Shown piece after piece: positions 41,801-53,618 of a stretch of 64,000 bases of DNA. The notes beneath the pieces were generated by a model that saw only the letters and a program-made list of their open reading frames with translations, had not been told where the DNA came from and did no database searches. Both the position numbers and the translations under genes were made by a program. Source of the DNA: Octopus vulgaris (Eukaryota); assembly GCA_951406725.2 (NCBI GenBank), contig OX597821.1:30008001-30072000 (forward strand). The letters run 5' to 3'. Position 1 is the first letter of the stretch, and the number at the start of each line of letters is the position of its first letter.

Positions 41801-43348
41801 TCCTGGTTTGCGGAATTGATGTTATTTTGCGGTTGAAGCTTTGGCTGTTATTTCTAGTGGGTGAATGGCCTATTATGGCCATTCCTTGATTGTGATGTTG
41901 AACTTATAAATGGTCTATGACTATTTAATTTTTTGCCACTAGGCCGCTGGTGGCAAATAAATTCTACGAAATTTTTGCCACCCTATATTGATTAATTATG
42001 AATTTTCTGGTTAATTCCGTAATGGAATCGGCGGCATATATTTGCTGCCGATAAATTTGGCGCGAGTGCGAGGATTTGAAAATTTTAGGTCAGATATTGC
42101 CGAGGCAGGGATAGAGATGCCTCGTGATAATATCTGCTCGGATCTTGGCTGTTTCTTACTGATGAATCTATCGGCCTATGGAAGATTGGCTTGATTTAAT
42201 TTAATCAGGTCAGTTTACCATTAAACAATAGATGAAACGGTGCATCGTATAAGAAATTACAGGGTAAATGTTTTTTTAATTTTCTCCTGGTTTGCGGAAT
42301 TGATGTTATTTTGCGGTTGAAGCTTTGGCTGTTATTTCTAGTGGGTGAATGGCCTATTATGGCCATTCCTTGATTGTGATGTTGAACTTATAAATGGTCT
42401 ATGACTATTTAATTTTTTGCCACTAGGCCGCTGGTGGCAAATAAATTCTACGAAATTTTTTGCCACCCTATATTGATTAATTATGAATTTTCTGGTTAAT
42501 TCCGTAATGGAATCGGCGGCATATATTTGCTGCCGATAAATTTGGCGCGAGTGCGAGGATTTGAAAATTTTAGGTCAGATATTGCCGAGGCAGGGATAGA
42601 GATGCCTCGTGATAATATCTGCTCGGATCTTGGCTGTTTCTTACTGATGAATCTATCGGCCTATGGAAGATTGGCTTGATTTAATTTAATCAGGTCAGTT
42701 TACCATTAAACAATAGATGAAACGGTGCATCGTATAAGAAATTACAGGGTAAATGTTTTTTTAATTTTCTCCTGGTTTGCGGAATTGATGTTATTTTGCG
42801 GTTGAAGCTTTGGCTGTTATTTCTAGTGGGTGAATGGCCTATTATGGCCATTCCTTGATTGTGATGTTGAACTTATAAATGGTCTATGACTATTTAATTT
42901 TTTCCCACTAGGCCGCTGGTGGCAAATAAATTCTACGAAATTTTTTGCCACCCTATATTGATTAATTATGAATTTTCTGGTTAATTCCGTAATGGAATCG
43001 GCGGCATATATTTGCTGCCGATAAATGTGGTGCGAGTGCGAGGATTTGAAAATTTTAGGTCAGATATTGCCGAGGCAGGGATAGAGATGCCTCGTGATAA
43101 TATCTGCTCGGATCTTGGCTGTTTCTTACTGATGAATCTATCGGCCTATGGAAGATTGGCTTGATTTAATTTAATCAGGTTAGTTTACCATTAAACAATA
43201 GATGAAACGGTGCATCGTATAAGAAATTACAGGGTAAATGTTTTTTTAATTTTCTCCTGGTTTGCGGAATTGATGTTATTTTGCGGTTGAAGCTTTGGCT
43301 GTTATTCTAGTGGGTGAATGGCCTATTATGGCCATTCCTTGATTATGA
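38872..43348 (+). repeat. Tandem array of 9 full 484-485 bp units plus a ~113-bp partial unit; hammerhead-containing, retrozyme-like
   Basis: Units start (TAAATGTTTTTTTAATTTTCTCC) at 38872, 39357, 39842, 40326, 40811, 41296, 41781, 42265, 42750 and 43235. Only a handful of variant positions, no ORF of 60 aa or more inside, and (TA)n on both sides. Confidence 0.97.
39241..39354 (+). ncRNA. Type I hammerhead ribozyme (copy 1 of 9; CTGATGA at 39251, 39736, 40220, 40705, 41190, 41675, 42159, 42644, 43129)
   Basis: Stem I TTTCTTA(39244-50)/TAAGAAA(39342-48), extendable by CTG/CAG. Core CTGATGA. Stem II ATCTAT(39258-63)/ATAGAT(39320-25). GAAA (39326-29). Stem III CG-GTGCAT-CG. GUA triplet with predicted cut after 39341. 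Confidence 0.88.
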
Positions 43349-43658
43349 TATATATATATATATATATATTTGTAAAAAATGAAGTTCGAAAATGCTGCTA
43401 TATTATACAATTTTTAATTTTTATATATACATTATAACATGTTTCAGTTCCTGAAATGAACCTTATCAAAAAAAGTTATATATAAAAAAAGATAGTTCAT
43501 GCTATCAAATACAAGAAATTCATTTATAATACACAATGGAGTCAGGCATCATACAGTACATATTTAGTTTGAAGTGAGTTCGTTCATATATATATATATA
43601 TATATATATACATACATACATACAGACTGACATCCATCCATGCATACATACGTTCATG

Positions 43659-43701
<43 letters not shown>

Positions 43702-43707
43702 GTGTAT

Positions 43708-43890
43708 TTCATGGTACTCTCTCGGTTGCGACGACGAAGATTCCAGTTGATCCGATTGACGAGACAGCCTGCTCGTGAAATTAACGTGCAAGTGGCTGAG
43801 CACTCCACAGACATGCGTAACCTTTAATGTACTTCTCGGGGAGATTCAGCGTGACACAGAGTGTGACAAGGCTGTCCCTTTGAAATACAA
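43708..43890 (-). mobile_element. SINE-like repeat 3' fragment (decayed relatives near 62545-62600 and 62935-63200)
   Basis: CAGCCTGCTCGTGAAATTAACGTGCAAGTGGCTGAGCACTCCACAGACA... has diverged matches later in the window. Confidence 0.5.
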
Positions 43891-43894
43891 CTGA

Positions 43895-44085
43895 ATAAGG
43901 AACAAAGAATGAGAGAAAGTTGTGGTGAAAGAGTACAGCAGGGTTCGCCACGACACCCTGCCAGAGCCACGTAGAGCTTTAGGTATTTTCGCTCAATAAA
44001 CACTCACCACACCCTATGTAGGAATCGAAACCACGATCCTACGACCACGAGTCCGCTACCCTAACCACAGAGCCACTGCGCCTCC
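43895..44085 (-). mobile_element. tRNA-derived SINE (OR-like), 5' half
   Basis: Matches 28840-29022 and 36960-37147. Confidence 0.8.
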
Positions 44086-44339
44086 ACACAGACACACACA
44101 CATATATACACACATATATGTATGTATGTGTGTGTGTGTGTCTGTATACATATAGGTAACTAATCATTTCTACTACATGCGCATGTCCTGAAGTTTTAAG
44201 TTGGGGTCTAGCCAGTCATATCAACCCTAGTGCTCAAATGGTAATGACTTCATCGACTCCCGAAAGGATGAAATGCAAAGTCAAACTCGGTGGAATTTGA
44301 ACTGAGGACGAAAAGAACCAGTCGCGTCCTGTCATATCG

Positions 44340-44930
44340 TTGTATCTTGACCCGTTTGATGAAGGAATGCTCTTTGAGCTATACTGTTTCAACTCTAGCG
44401 TGACTCAAATTTCGAGACCGTCTCTGAAACTCACTCTCCTATTCGTGAATGATATACTGACCGCCAACCACCGAAAACATCCACTTTAATCCTAGTTCAT
44501 ACCTTTCTTCTTTTCTCTCTGTCATTCTACACATAGGAGGCATTCTCTTGCAAACTTGGCGCCGCAATACATACATACTAGACACATAATCACAAAGGAA
44601 TTGCATTCGTCCCCAAATGAAGTATGCAACTATAGCTCTCGCAATTGTTCGAAATGTCATGTGTAAGTATTCCTGAAATTATCTCTCGTTCTAAACAATA
44701 ACAAAGATTGTATTTCACTATATGATTTTTCTATTCAGATTTTCTCTTCAGAATATACTCAGCTCCCCATAGTCCATCAAAGCTTTGCAAAAGTAAATGT
44801 GAGGTTCAAGATTACGAGCTACACACAAATAGCCCCTGCCTGCATCTATGGATGGCCCAGGCTTTGATCGCTCGAAGTATCTCACAAAAGAATTCCATAG
44901 AACAGTTGTCTCAAGTTTTGGCTTTACTGA
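44340..44930 (+). pseudogene. Very old LINE reverse-transcriptase relic
   Basis: FNSSVTQISRPSLKLTLLFVNDIL resembles NSGVPQGSVLSPTLFLLFINDL, and IRPQMKYA resembles IRP.MEYA. Judged by eye. Confidence 0.35.
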
Positions 44931-45799
44931 CGTTACACTCATAGTTCCTGTGCCTCTAACCAGACTGGCGCTCATCACCTCTGCTCTTACTACTACTCAT
45001 TTCCACTTCTTTTTTCCTCCTCCTATTACAATAATAGCAATTTCCCATTAGTTTAACGACGGACAAATGGTACTTTCCTAATATGGGTATTAGTTCACTA
45101 ATTTAGTGGAAGCGCATTATCCAATTAAGCCGACCTTATCACTTGACGAATATTTAATTCTATCGACCCTTGCGGGACGAAAAGTAGAGATGACCTCCGC
45201 TAGGTTTGAACTCAGATCGTGAAGAGCTAAGAGAAATTCTGCAACGTATTTAGTCTCATCGCTAACGCCTCTGCCAATCCCCCAATGAATGATACCTGTT
45301 ACATGTTACATAGAATAAACAATTGCAAACACATCTAAGAGCAACGGTGACAACATAAACCCTCGATCTAGTAACTTCTCACTTGAATACCACATACAAA
45401 AAAAAATCAACAGAACACAAAAAATATAGAAGAAAAATAGTGTGGTCTTCGGTTTCCTGTACATAGGAAAAAAGTCGGGATGGTCACAGTTGGAATATCT
45501 ATACCTTTGATCACATCTGGTTATTGGATCAGAGTTGGCCTAGAGTGCAAAAAAAATGAACTTAAAAAAAATAAAAATCCAGAAACCCAACACCAGACAA
45601 CAATAATAGTTGTTACGATAGAAACAAGAACAGTAGCAACAACAACAACAACAACACAATCAATAATAATAACAACAACTACAATAAGAACAATATTATT
45701 GAACACTTCACTGTATCTAGTTTTGGCAAGTTTTCCTTTTTTTTTTGTTTGTTGGTTTCATAATGTGGAAATGAAAATCAATAGATTTTTATCAGTAAC

Positions 45800-45963
45800 A
45801 TTTCTTTCTTTCTTTCTTTCTTTCATTCTTTCTTTCTTTCTTCCTCACTTTGTTTGTTTTTTTCTTTCTTTCTTTCTCTCTTCCTCACTTTGTTTCTTTC
45901 TTTCATTCATTCATTCTTTGTTTTCGTTCTTTCTTTCTTTCTTCCTCACTTTGTTTTTTTCAT

Positions 45964-46013
<50 letters not shown>

Positions 46014-46107
46014 TCACTTTGTTTGTTTGTTTGTTTCTTTCTTTCTTTCTTTCTTCTTCCTCACTTTGTTTCTTTCTTTCATTCATTCATTCATTCTTTG
46101 TTTTCGT

Positions 46108-46141
<34 letters not shown>

Positions 46142-46654
46142 TTCCTCACTTTGTTTCTTTCTTTCATTCTTTCATTCATTCATTCTTTTTTTCGTTCTTT
46201 CTTTCTTTCTTTCTTCCTCACTTTGTTTTTTCATTCTTTCTTTCTTTCTTTCTTCCTCACTTTGTTTCTTTCATTCATTCTTTCTTTCTTTCGTTCTTTC
46301 TTTCTTTCTTTCTTCCTCACTTTGTTTCTTTCATTCATTCATTCTTTCTTTCTTTCTTTCTTCCTCACTTTGTTTCTTTCATTCATTCTTTCTTTCTTTC
46401 GTTCTTTCGTTCTTTCTTTCTTTCGTTCTTTCATTCATTCATTCTTTCTTTCTTTCTTTCTTCCTCACTTTGTTTCTTTCATTCATTCTTTCTTTCTTTC
46501 GTTCTTTCGTTCTTTCTTTCTTTCGTTCTTTCTTCCTTCCTTTCTTTCTTTCTTTCTTTCTTCCTCATTTTGTTTCTTTCTTTCATTCATTCAATCTTTC
46601 TTTCTTTCTTTCTTTCATCTTCACTTTCTTTCATCTTCACTTTCTTTCTTTCAT

Positions 46655-46690
<36 letters not shown>

Positions 46691-46692
46691 TC
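45800..46692. repeat. Complex (TTTC)n/(TTCA)n minisatellite with recurring TTCCTCACTTTGTTTC unit
   Basis: Seen directly. Produces the F/L/S-rich 474/284/289-aa pseudo-ORFs. Confidence 0.95.
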
Positions 46693-46744
46693 CCAGATAT
46701 TTAAGTTTGTATTCTGCCACTAGTAGTACAATAATCTATGCTAT

Positions 46745-47060
46745 CACCATTTCCATTTCACCACCACCGATGCTACTATTGCTGCCACCACTGCCACCAC
46801 TGCCATCGCTGCCATCGCTGCCATCGCTGCCATCGCTGCCACCGCTAGCGCTCCTATCGCTGCTGCTGTTACTAAAACAGCAACGAAAACAACAACCACA
46901 ATAACAAGTTTGACATCTAGACTAAAAACACCTTCCACCACCACTACCACCACCACCTGTTTCTACTACTACTACTACTACTTCTACTACTACTATTACT
47001 ACTGCTACTACTACTACCACCACCACCACCACGATCACCACCACTACCGCTAGTACTACT
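46745..47060. repeat. Trinucleotide low-complexity tract (CCA/CTG/CTA; GCCATCGCT repeated)
   Basis: Seen directly. Confidence 0.9.
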
Positions 47061-47228
47061 GCTTTATTTGAATTTATTTCTATTTGTCAATTTTTATTTT
47101 TTACTTTTTTTATATCTATCTTTTTTTTTATTATTTTATTTTCTGTATTTCATTATATATTTATTTCCCCAAAATGATAATGGCAGTAATAACAAGAGTA
47201 GCGATTTACATACCAGCCTACGCTGCTT

Positions 47229-47327
<99 letters not shown>

Positions 47328-50300
47328 TGCGTGCGTGTTTGTGTGCGTGGTTGTACATGTATGTATGTATGCGCATATGTATAAATGTGTGAAACTCAAA
47401 GTCCACTCAGCAACAAATATCTCGATACAGTAATAACACGCCAAAAATTATCATAAAACTGTCCTACAAAAAAAAAAGGAGGAAAACAACAAAGAAACAA
47501 ACAATCAAATACAATTCATGTAAAACATATACACATACGCAGGCATGCGCACAGGCACACGCACAGGCACACGCATGCGTGTTCTGAAAACACCGGCAAA
47601 ACACGAACGACTCTTCCTTAGACTAAGAGGCAGAAAATAGCACGTAAATACCTAGAACTGCACATGCACGCATTTATATGGATCTTTTCGGTTTGAACGG
47701 CAGTTTTTTCTAGCGGTGTCATATGAAACTGTCACCCATAATTATGACCCTAGTATCGATCTATTGCATTTAAATCGGCTTATCCCGTCCCACGAAATTA
47801 CTGGCCTTGTGCCAAATTTTGAAACCATTATATAGATGCTGCTATTACTAGAAAGTTCAATATTTCTGCTTATCGAACATTATACCCTTTGGCAACTGGA
47901 AGTACCTTAGATGGCATTAACTATTTTGTTTTACCACATTTTGAATTATTGTGTGATTATATTGTATTCAACCAGACGGAAGAGATATCTTTTCATGCAT
48001 TTTAACAAAAACGTTGCGGTTTCCACAATATACCCATTTACTAGACTAAATTAGAATTGTTGATAACTTTATTCTACAATTGTCAGATACATAGGGATAG
48101 CGAGATGGAATCCTTTTAAAACTCGGTTATAAAGGGCGGGTCTACTAAGCTCGTTGGGTTTTTGGATGAATTTTCTGTGAGGTTAATGTAATTCTTACCG
48201 TTGTTGTCTGGCGAAAAAGCCTTGGTTGCTTTCACACCTGCTATTGTGAGGATAAGATGTTGCGTTTCAGCCGCATTGAAGTTGATGGAAGAAAGTACTA
48301 TTTTCCGACATGTTTTATAGTTTGACTCACCTCTAGTTGGAGAGAGACATCGATATTTTTTGCGCATCTGTAACCAATTTTTATATATATTTTTTTGTTG
48401 TTGTTAACAAAAGATTTCTATATCTCTAATAAAAAGTTTCGCGCTATGTTGCATGCTACATATATATTGTACTGAAATTGAACCTTATTAATAGTTAATA
48501 GTGTACATCTCGCACTTTACTAAGAATCAACTTTTCTTTAGTACACCATTAAAAACATAAGCACAGACACACACACACACATATGTATTCGTCTGTGTAT
48601 TTACTTTGTCTATTGAGATTCAGATATATTTTACACAATTTAAAATAATCACACCCTAATTATAATTGTATCTCATCAGAATGGCTCCGTCTTTTCTTGT
48701 ATTTATAGGCGCCGCCTGTGTACTGAGAAACCGTTCGCCTAATGTTTCTACGGGAAAAAATCTAAATCCGTAAGGAATTGTCTTATTGTTTCTAAATTCT
48801 CTCAAACCATTAAATGGCACTAAAATAAGCGTACAAATTAACATTACGCCCTTAGAAGATTAAATAAAATAGAGAAAAAAAAAATGTAAATATAATTTAG
48901 CATTCCTCCAGAGCCGGGCAAAAAAACACACTACAAACCTAACTTGAAATATTAGTAACACCTCAAGAATTATATTAACACATGTTCTGTAAATCACCCT
49001 CAAGAAATCTCCAGTAACCGGAACTATGTCACGCTAAGATATTGTGTTTTGATTTGCTTTCTTTTGTCACCAAATCCCTAGATATCAAATATGCAAATAA
49101 TGATAGAATAATGAAGAAACTGGTAATTAGACTGCTTGTAATGTATAACAATTATCATTTTAAAATTCAAACACACGTTGCCTAGTCTTATTCTAGAACA
49201 CACTTAAATACTACATACTTATTCGGTGTCAATGTTTGTAAGATTCTTCAATAGAAAGGGCATTATTTCCCTCAGTTATGCTCTACCAGTGATAAACAAG
49301 GAGCCATTTTACATTCACAGTAAGAACAACAACAGTAATAAATATGTTTAGGGTAATAAATATTTCTAATGCAGTCAAGTCAGTCACCGACCGAAACTCG
49401 CTGACGATACATCGAAGAGGCCAAGGAACATAAGAAAGAAGAAATGCACCCAACACCAGAGCTGAAGACACCTCAGAAAGGGTGGTGGGGCACCATGTCA
49501 AAACGGTTGAGGAGTAGGGGCCGAAACCGGACGTGGTTCCTCCTGATGATGTCTTGAGCTAACTGGATCCTATAAAGGAGCTGTTGTGGTAGCAGACCAC
49601 GAAACACGGTTGTAATTCCTTAGGCCAGTAATTTTTGAGGGAAAGGACCTAGTCATTTCCCTCAACCCAAAACTTTACAAGTATTTCATTCGCGAACCGG
49701 AAGTGAGGATGTCAGGACGTAAAGGGCTTCTCTAGAGGTTCTGCCGGTTCACTCACTTTATTTATGAACAAATGGTAAAACCCCTTATGTGATTGTTAGA
49801 TCAACTAGAAAGACAAGTGAAATACCTGCAAATCAAACATCGCTGACACATATTAAGGAATAATAGGCGGGCTTGGTTAGAGTTAAGCTTGGACGAAAGA
49901 GCAATATCGTCGTCGTCGTCATCATCATCATCATCATCAACAATAACAACAACAATACTTACAGCTAATTGATTAGTGACATATAGTCGGTTGATCTGTT
50001 AAATATAACAGCCAACATTGATTTAGTTCTACGCTATCGTCTTTCTCTCTGGGCCCCCCACCTCTCGGTTTCTTCAACGTTCACTCACATCTATCTTATC
50101 TTATTTATCCATCTACCTTTTTTCTGTATGTTCTGTATGTTCACACACACGCACACACACACACTCACACACAAACACACACAAACACACGCACGCACAC
50201 ACACAAATAGACATACACAGGCATGCATCAACCATACCCGACGTAAAGTATAACTCATAGAAGTGCTCAGCGTTTATATTTAAACTGTAATTTCATTAGT

Positions 50301-50889
50301 TTGCAAAGACAAAAAAAGAAGTTTGGAAATAAATTAGCTTACAGCTTATTAAAATTTTTTTTAAAAAAGCGAAAGAAGAAGAAGAAGAAGGTGGAGGAGG
50401 AGGAGGAGAGTGCTGAAGGTTGATTTAATTAGGTAAAGAGTCTACTAATAACAAGCTGCGAAAACAAGTCAGATTGAAAACAATAAATAGTCATAAACAT
50501 TTAAACTAAAATAACGCATTCACAAAAGAAGAGGAAGGAATAAATTATTTAAACACACGCATGCGCGGGAGCGTGTTGGTGAACATTTATGCTTTACAAA
50601 TGGAGAAGGCAAAAAAAGATATAGTGTGTATATATATATATATGTTTATTAGTTACTGAAATTTATGGTTGAACAATACTTTATTTTAAGCTATCAGAAA
50701 CACCATTCTCTACAGTTCGTTGTACACACGCTGACAACACACAGAGACACACACACAGACACACACACATACACTTATAGACACACACATACATGCATAC
50801 ATATATACACAGATACATACACATACATATACACACATACATACACACACAAGCACTGGCACACACACACACACACATATATTTATATA

Positions 50890-51104
50890 TACTCTTTACT
50901 CTTTTACTTGTTTCAGTCATTTGACTGCGGCCACGCTGGAGCACCGCCTTTAGTCGAGCAAATCTACCCCAGGACTAATTCGTTGTAAGCCTAGTTCTTA
51001 TTGTATCGGTCTCTTTTGCCGAACCGCTAAGTTACGGGGACGTAAACACACCAGCATCGGTTGTCAAGCGATGTTGGGGGGACAAACACAGACATCCAAG
51101 CACG

Positions 51105-51138
<34 letters not shown>

Positions 51139-51309
51139 CATATATACGACGGGCTACTTTCAGTTTCCGTCTACCAAATCCACTCACAAGGCATTGGTCG
51201 GCCCGAGGCAATAGTAGAAGACACATGCCCAAGGTACCACGCAGTGGGACTGAACCCGGAACCATGTGGTTGGTAAGCAAGCTACTTACCACACAGCCAC
51301 TCCTGCGCC
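50890..51309 (-). mobile_element. tRNA-derived SINE with internal (TA/TG)n and (AAAGAGT)n-like tail; copies at 56060-56468 (-), 60760-61005 (-, partial), 62178-62497 (+)
   Basis: Reverse complement starts GGCGCAGGAGTGGCTGTGTGGTAAGTAGCTTGCTTACCAACCACATGGTTCCGGGTTCAGTCCCAC (A/B boxes). Near-identical copy at 56060-56468. Confidence 0.85.
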
Positions 51310-52104
51310 AATATACATACATGTTCATACAGTCGTGTATATATACACATATATGTATGTATAAACACACAAGCATACAAAATTGTTTTCCCTGTAGACA
51401 GACACACTCGCCTACGCTATACGCAAGCATGCATACACTTGGACAACACACCCAGGCGTATACACACTCTCACATTACATGTATATATACTTCACATATA
51501 CATATATGACACTATACACAAGTATACATACATGTTTACGCTACACCAAGCATACATAGTCGCTGACTGCATACGCATATATATATATATATATATACAT
51601 ACTCTTGTACCATATACAAGCATATATACATCCTGACATTATATGCACATACTTATACAATGCTTAGATATATATACACACGATAACACTATACACAAAC
51701 ATGCAGGCACACTTATAATATACACAGGCATATACATACACACATGCATATACACACGCTTGTACTATACACAAGTATATACACACGCTTACGTTTTACA
51801 GAAGGATACATAAACGCTGAGAGTATATAGAGGGGTAAACGCACGCTTTACACTATATACAGACATATGTATCCGCTTATTCTCTTCATAGGCACACATA
51901 CAAATGCGTGAACAATTGGAACACTTGAAATTTTGAATTATGTTTGAAGCAGCTTTGGCCGATACTTGTTTCTAACTTAGGCACACGGTCGTCAGTTTTT
52001 AGAAAAGTCACATACTCCGGCTTAAATACTTTTGTATTATCGACCTTGGAGGAATGAAAGGCAAATTCGACCTTGGTAGGACTTGAACGCAGAAGGTAAA
52101 TTTC

Positions 52105-52933
52105 ATGAAGAGCAAAGGTTTCATCCTGGCTGCTCAAGATCAAAGCCTATTAACCCGGAACTACCAGGCCAATGTGATGAAAAATGGAGCAGACCCAAAA
52201 TGCCGATTCTGCAACGACATGATTGAAACAGTGGACCACCTAATCTCTGGATGTAAAGTCTTAGCACCAGTGGAGTATAAATTAAGACATGACAGAGTTG
52301 GCCAATATCTACACTGGCTAATAAGTCGGCATTACAATATCAAAACTGCCGACAAGTGGTATAATCACCACCCTGAGGCTGTAACTGAAGGAGAAAATGT
52401 AACGATTCTGTGGGACTTTCCAGTATATACAGACCGAACCATCAAGGCCAATAAACCAGATATTGTTGTGAAAGACCAAAACAATAAAGTTTGCTTATTG
52501 ATCGACATGAGCATCCCCTGTGATCATAATATCTCAGCGAAAGAGTTTGACAAGCTCAGAAAATATAAAGACCTACTCATTGAAATTGAGAAAATGTGGC
52601 ATCTCAAGGCGGTTACAATACCAGTGATCGTAGGAGCACTAGGAATGATCAAGAAGGGAACCGAAAATTATATGAGAATGATCCCTGGCTTACCATCCCT
52701 GCAAGAAGTGCAAAAGATTGTCTTAACTGGTACATCATACGTATTGAGAAGAGCATTGTCGATGTGAGAACTGTTGCTGCTCATGTATTTTTAACAAAAA
52801 AAAAAAAAAAAATGAACGAACTACTGAGTTCGGTTTAATGGCCTACCAATGTATACTATGAGTTTCTTTGCCCTAGGAGTCGGGAAGACACTCGGCAAGA
52901 AATGGAAGCAAATTTGAAAGAAGAAAAAAAAAG
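52105..52933 (+). mobile_element. R4/Dong-clade non-LTR retrotransposon 3' fragment (CCHC finger + restriction-like endonuclease + 3' UTR)
   Basis: Open 220-aa frame: GFILAAQDQ, CRFC...ETVDHLISGC, YKLRHD, ILWDF, KPDIVV..., LIDMSIP, KLRKYKDL, PVIVGALG. UTR hairpin at 52863-52902; followed by (TAA)n at 52934-52949. Confidence 0.9.
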
Positions 52934-52949
52934 TAATAATAATAATAAT

Positions 52950-53360
52950 CCTTTCTATTATAAGCGCAAGACCTGAAATTTTGGGGGAGGGTTCCAGTCG
53001 ATTAGATCAACTACTGTACGTAACTGATACTTAATTTATCGACCCCGAAAGGATGAAATGCAAAATCGATCTCGGCGAAATGTGAACTCAGAATATAGCG
53101 ACGGGTGAAATACCTATTTTTTTACTAGCCAGAAGAGGCTAAACACAGAGAGGGCAAACAAGGACAGAAAAGCAAATTAAGTCGATTATATCGACCCCAG
53201 TGCGTAACTGGTACTTATTTAATCGATCCCGAAAGAATGAAAGGCAAAGTCGACCTCGGCGGAATTTGAACTCAGAACGTAGCGGCAGACGAAATACTGG
53301 TAAGTATTTCGCCCGGCGTGCTGACGATTCTGCCAGCCCGCCGTCTTAGTAATAATGATG

Positions 53361-53437
<77 letters not shown>

Positions 53438-53618
53438 TTCACAAGGCCAGCGATGTTTTGTTTTTTAGTGTGGTGGAGTAAGTCGATTATAACAACTCCA
53501 GTGTTCAATTGGTACTTATTTAAAGACTGTGAAAGGGTAGAAGACAGTCAGTCAACCTCGGCGGAATTTGAACTTAGGGCGTAAAAGACGGACAAAATGC
53601 CGCAAAGCATTCTGCCAG
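52950..53618 (-). mobile_element. Cluster of Meta-domain-like SINEs (dimeric copy 52950-53343, copy 53437-53618) separated by (AAT)n
   Basis: GACCCCGAAAGGATGAAA.GCAAA.TCGA.CTCGGCG.AAT.TGAACTCAG is repeated. (AAT)n at 53351-53437. Confidence 0.8.

Noticed and set aside
38872-43348. CRISPR array, rDNA/5S or snRNA tandem cluster as explanation for the 485-bp array
   Set aside because: Units are identical end to end (no unique spacers), and I recognise no 5S, tRNA, U-snRNA or spliced-leader sequence. The hammerhead fold explains the unit better.
45480-46904. 474-aa ORF (and overlapping 284/289-aa ORFs) that look like multi-pass membrane proteins
   Set aside because: Open only because the (TTTC)n minisatellite lacks stop codons in all three frames; the F/L/S composition is a repeat artefact.
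48116-48367. 83-aa minus-strand ORF in unique-looking DNA
   Set aside because: No host-protein similarity. KAFSPDN and downstream residues faintly resemble a decayed LINE RT, too weak to call.
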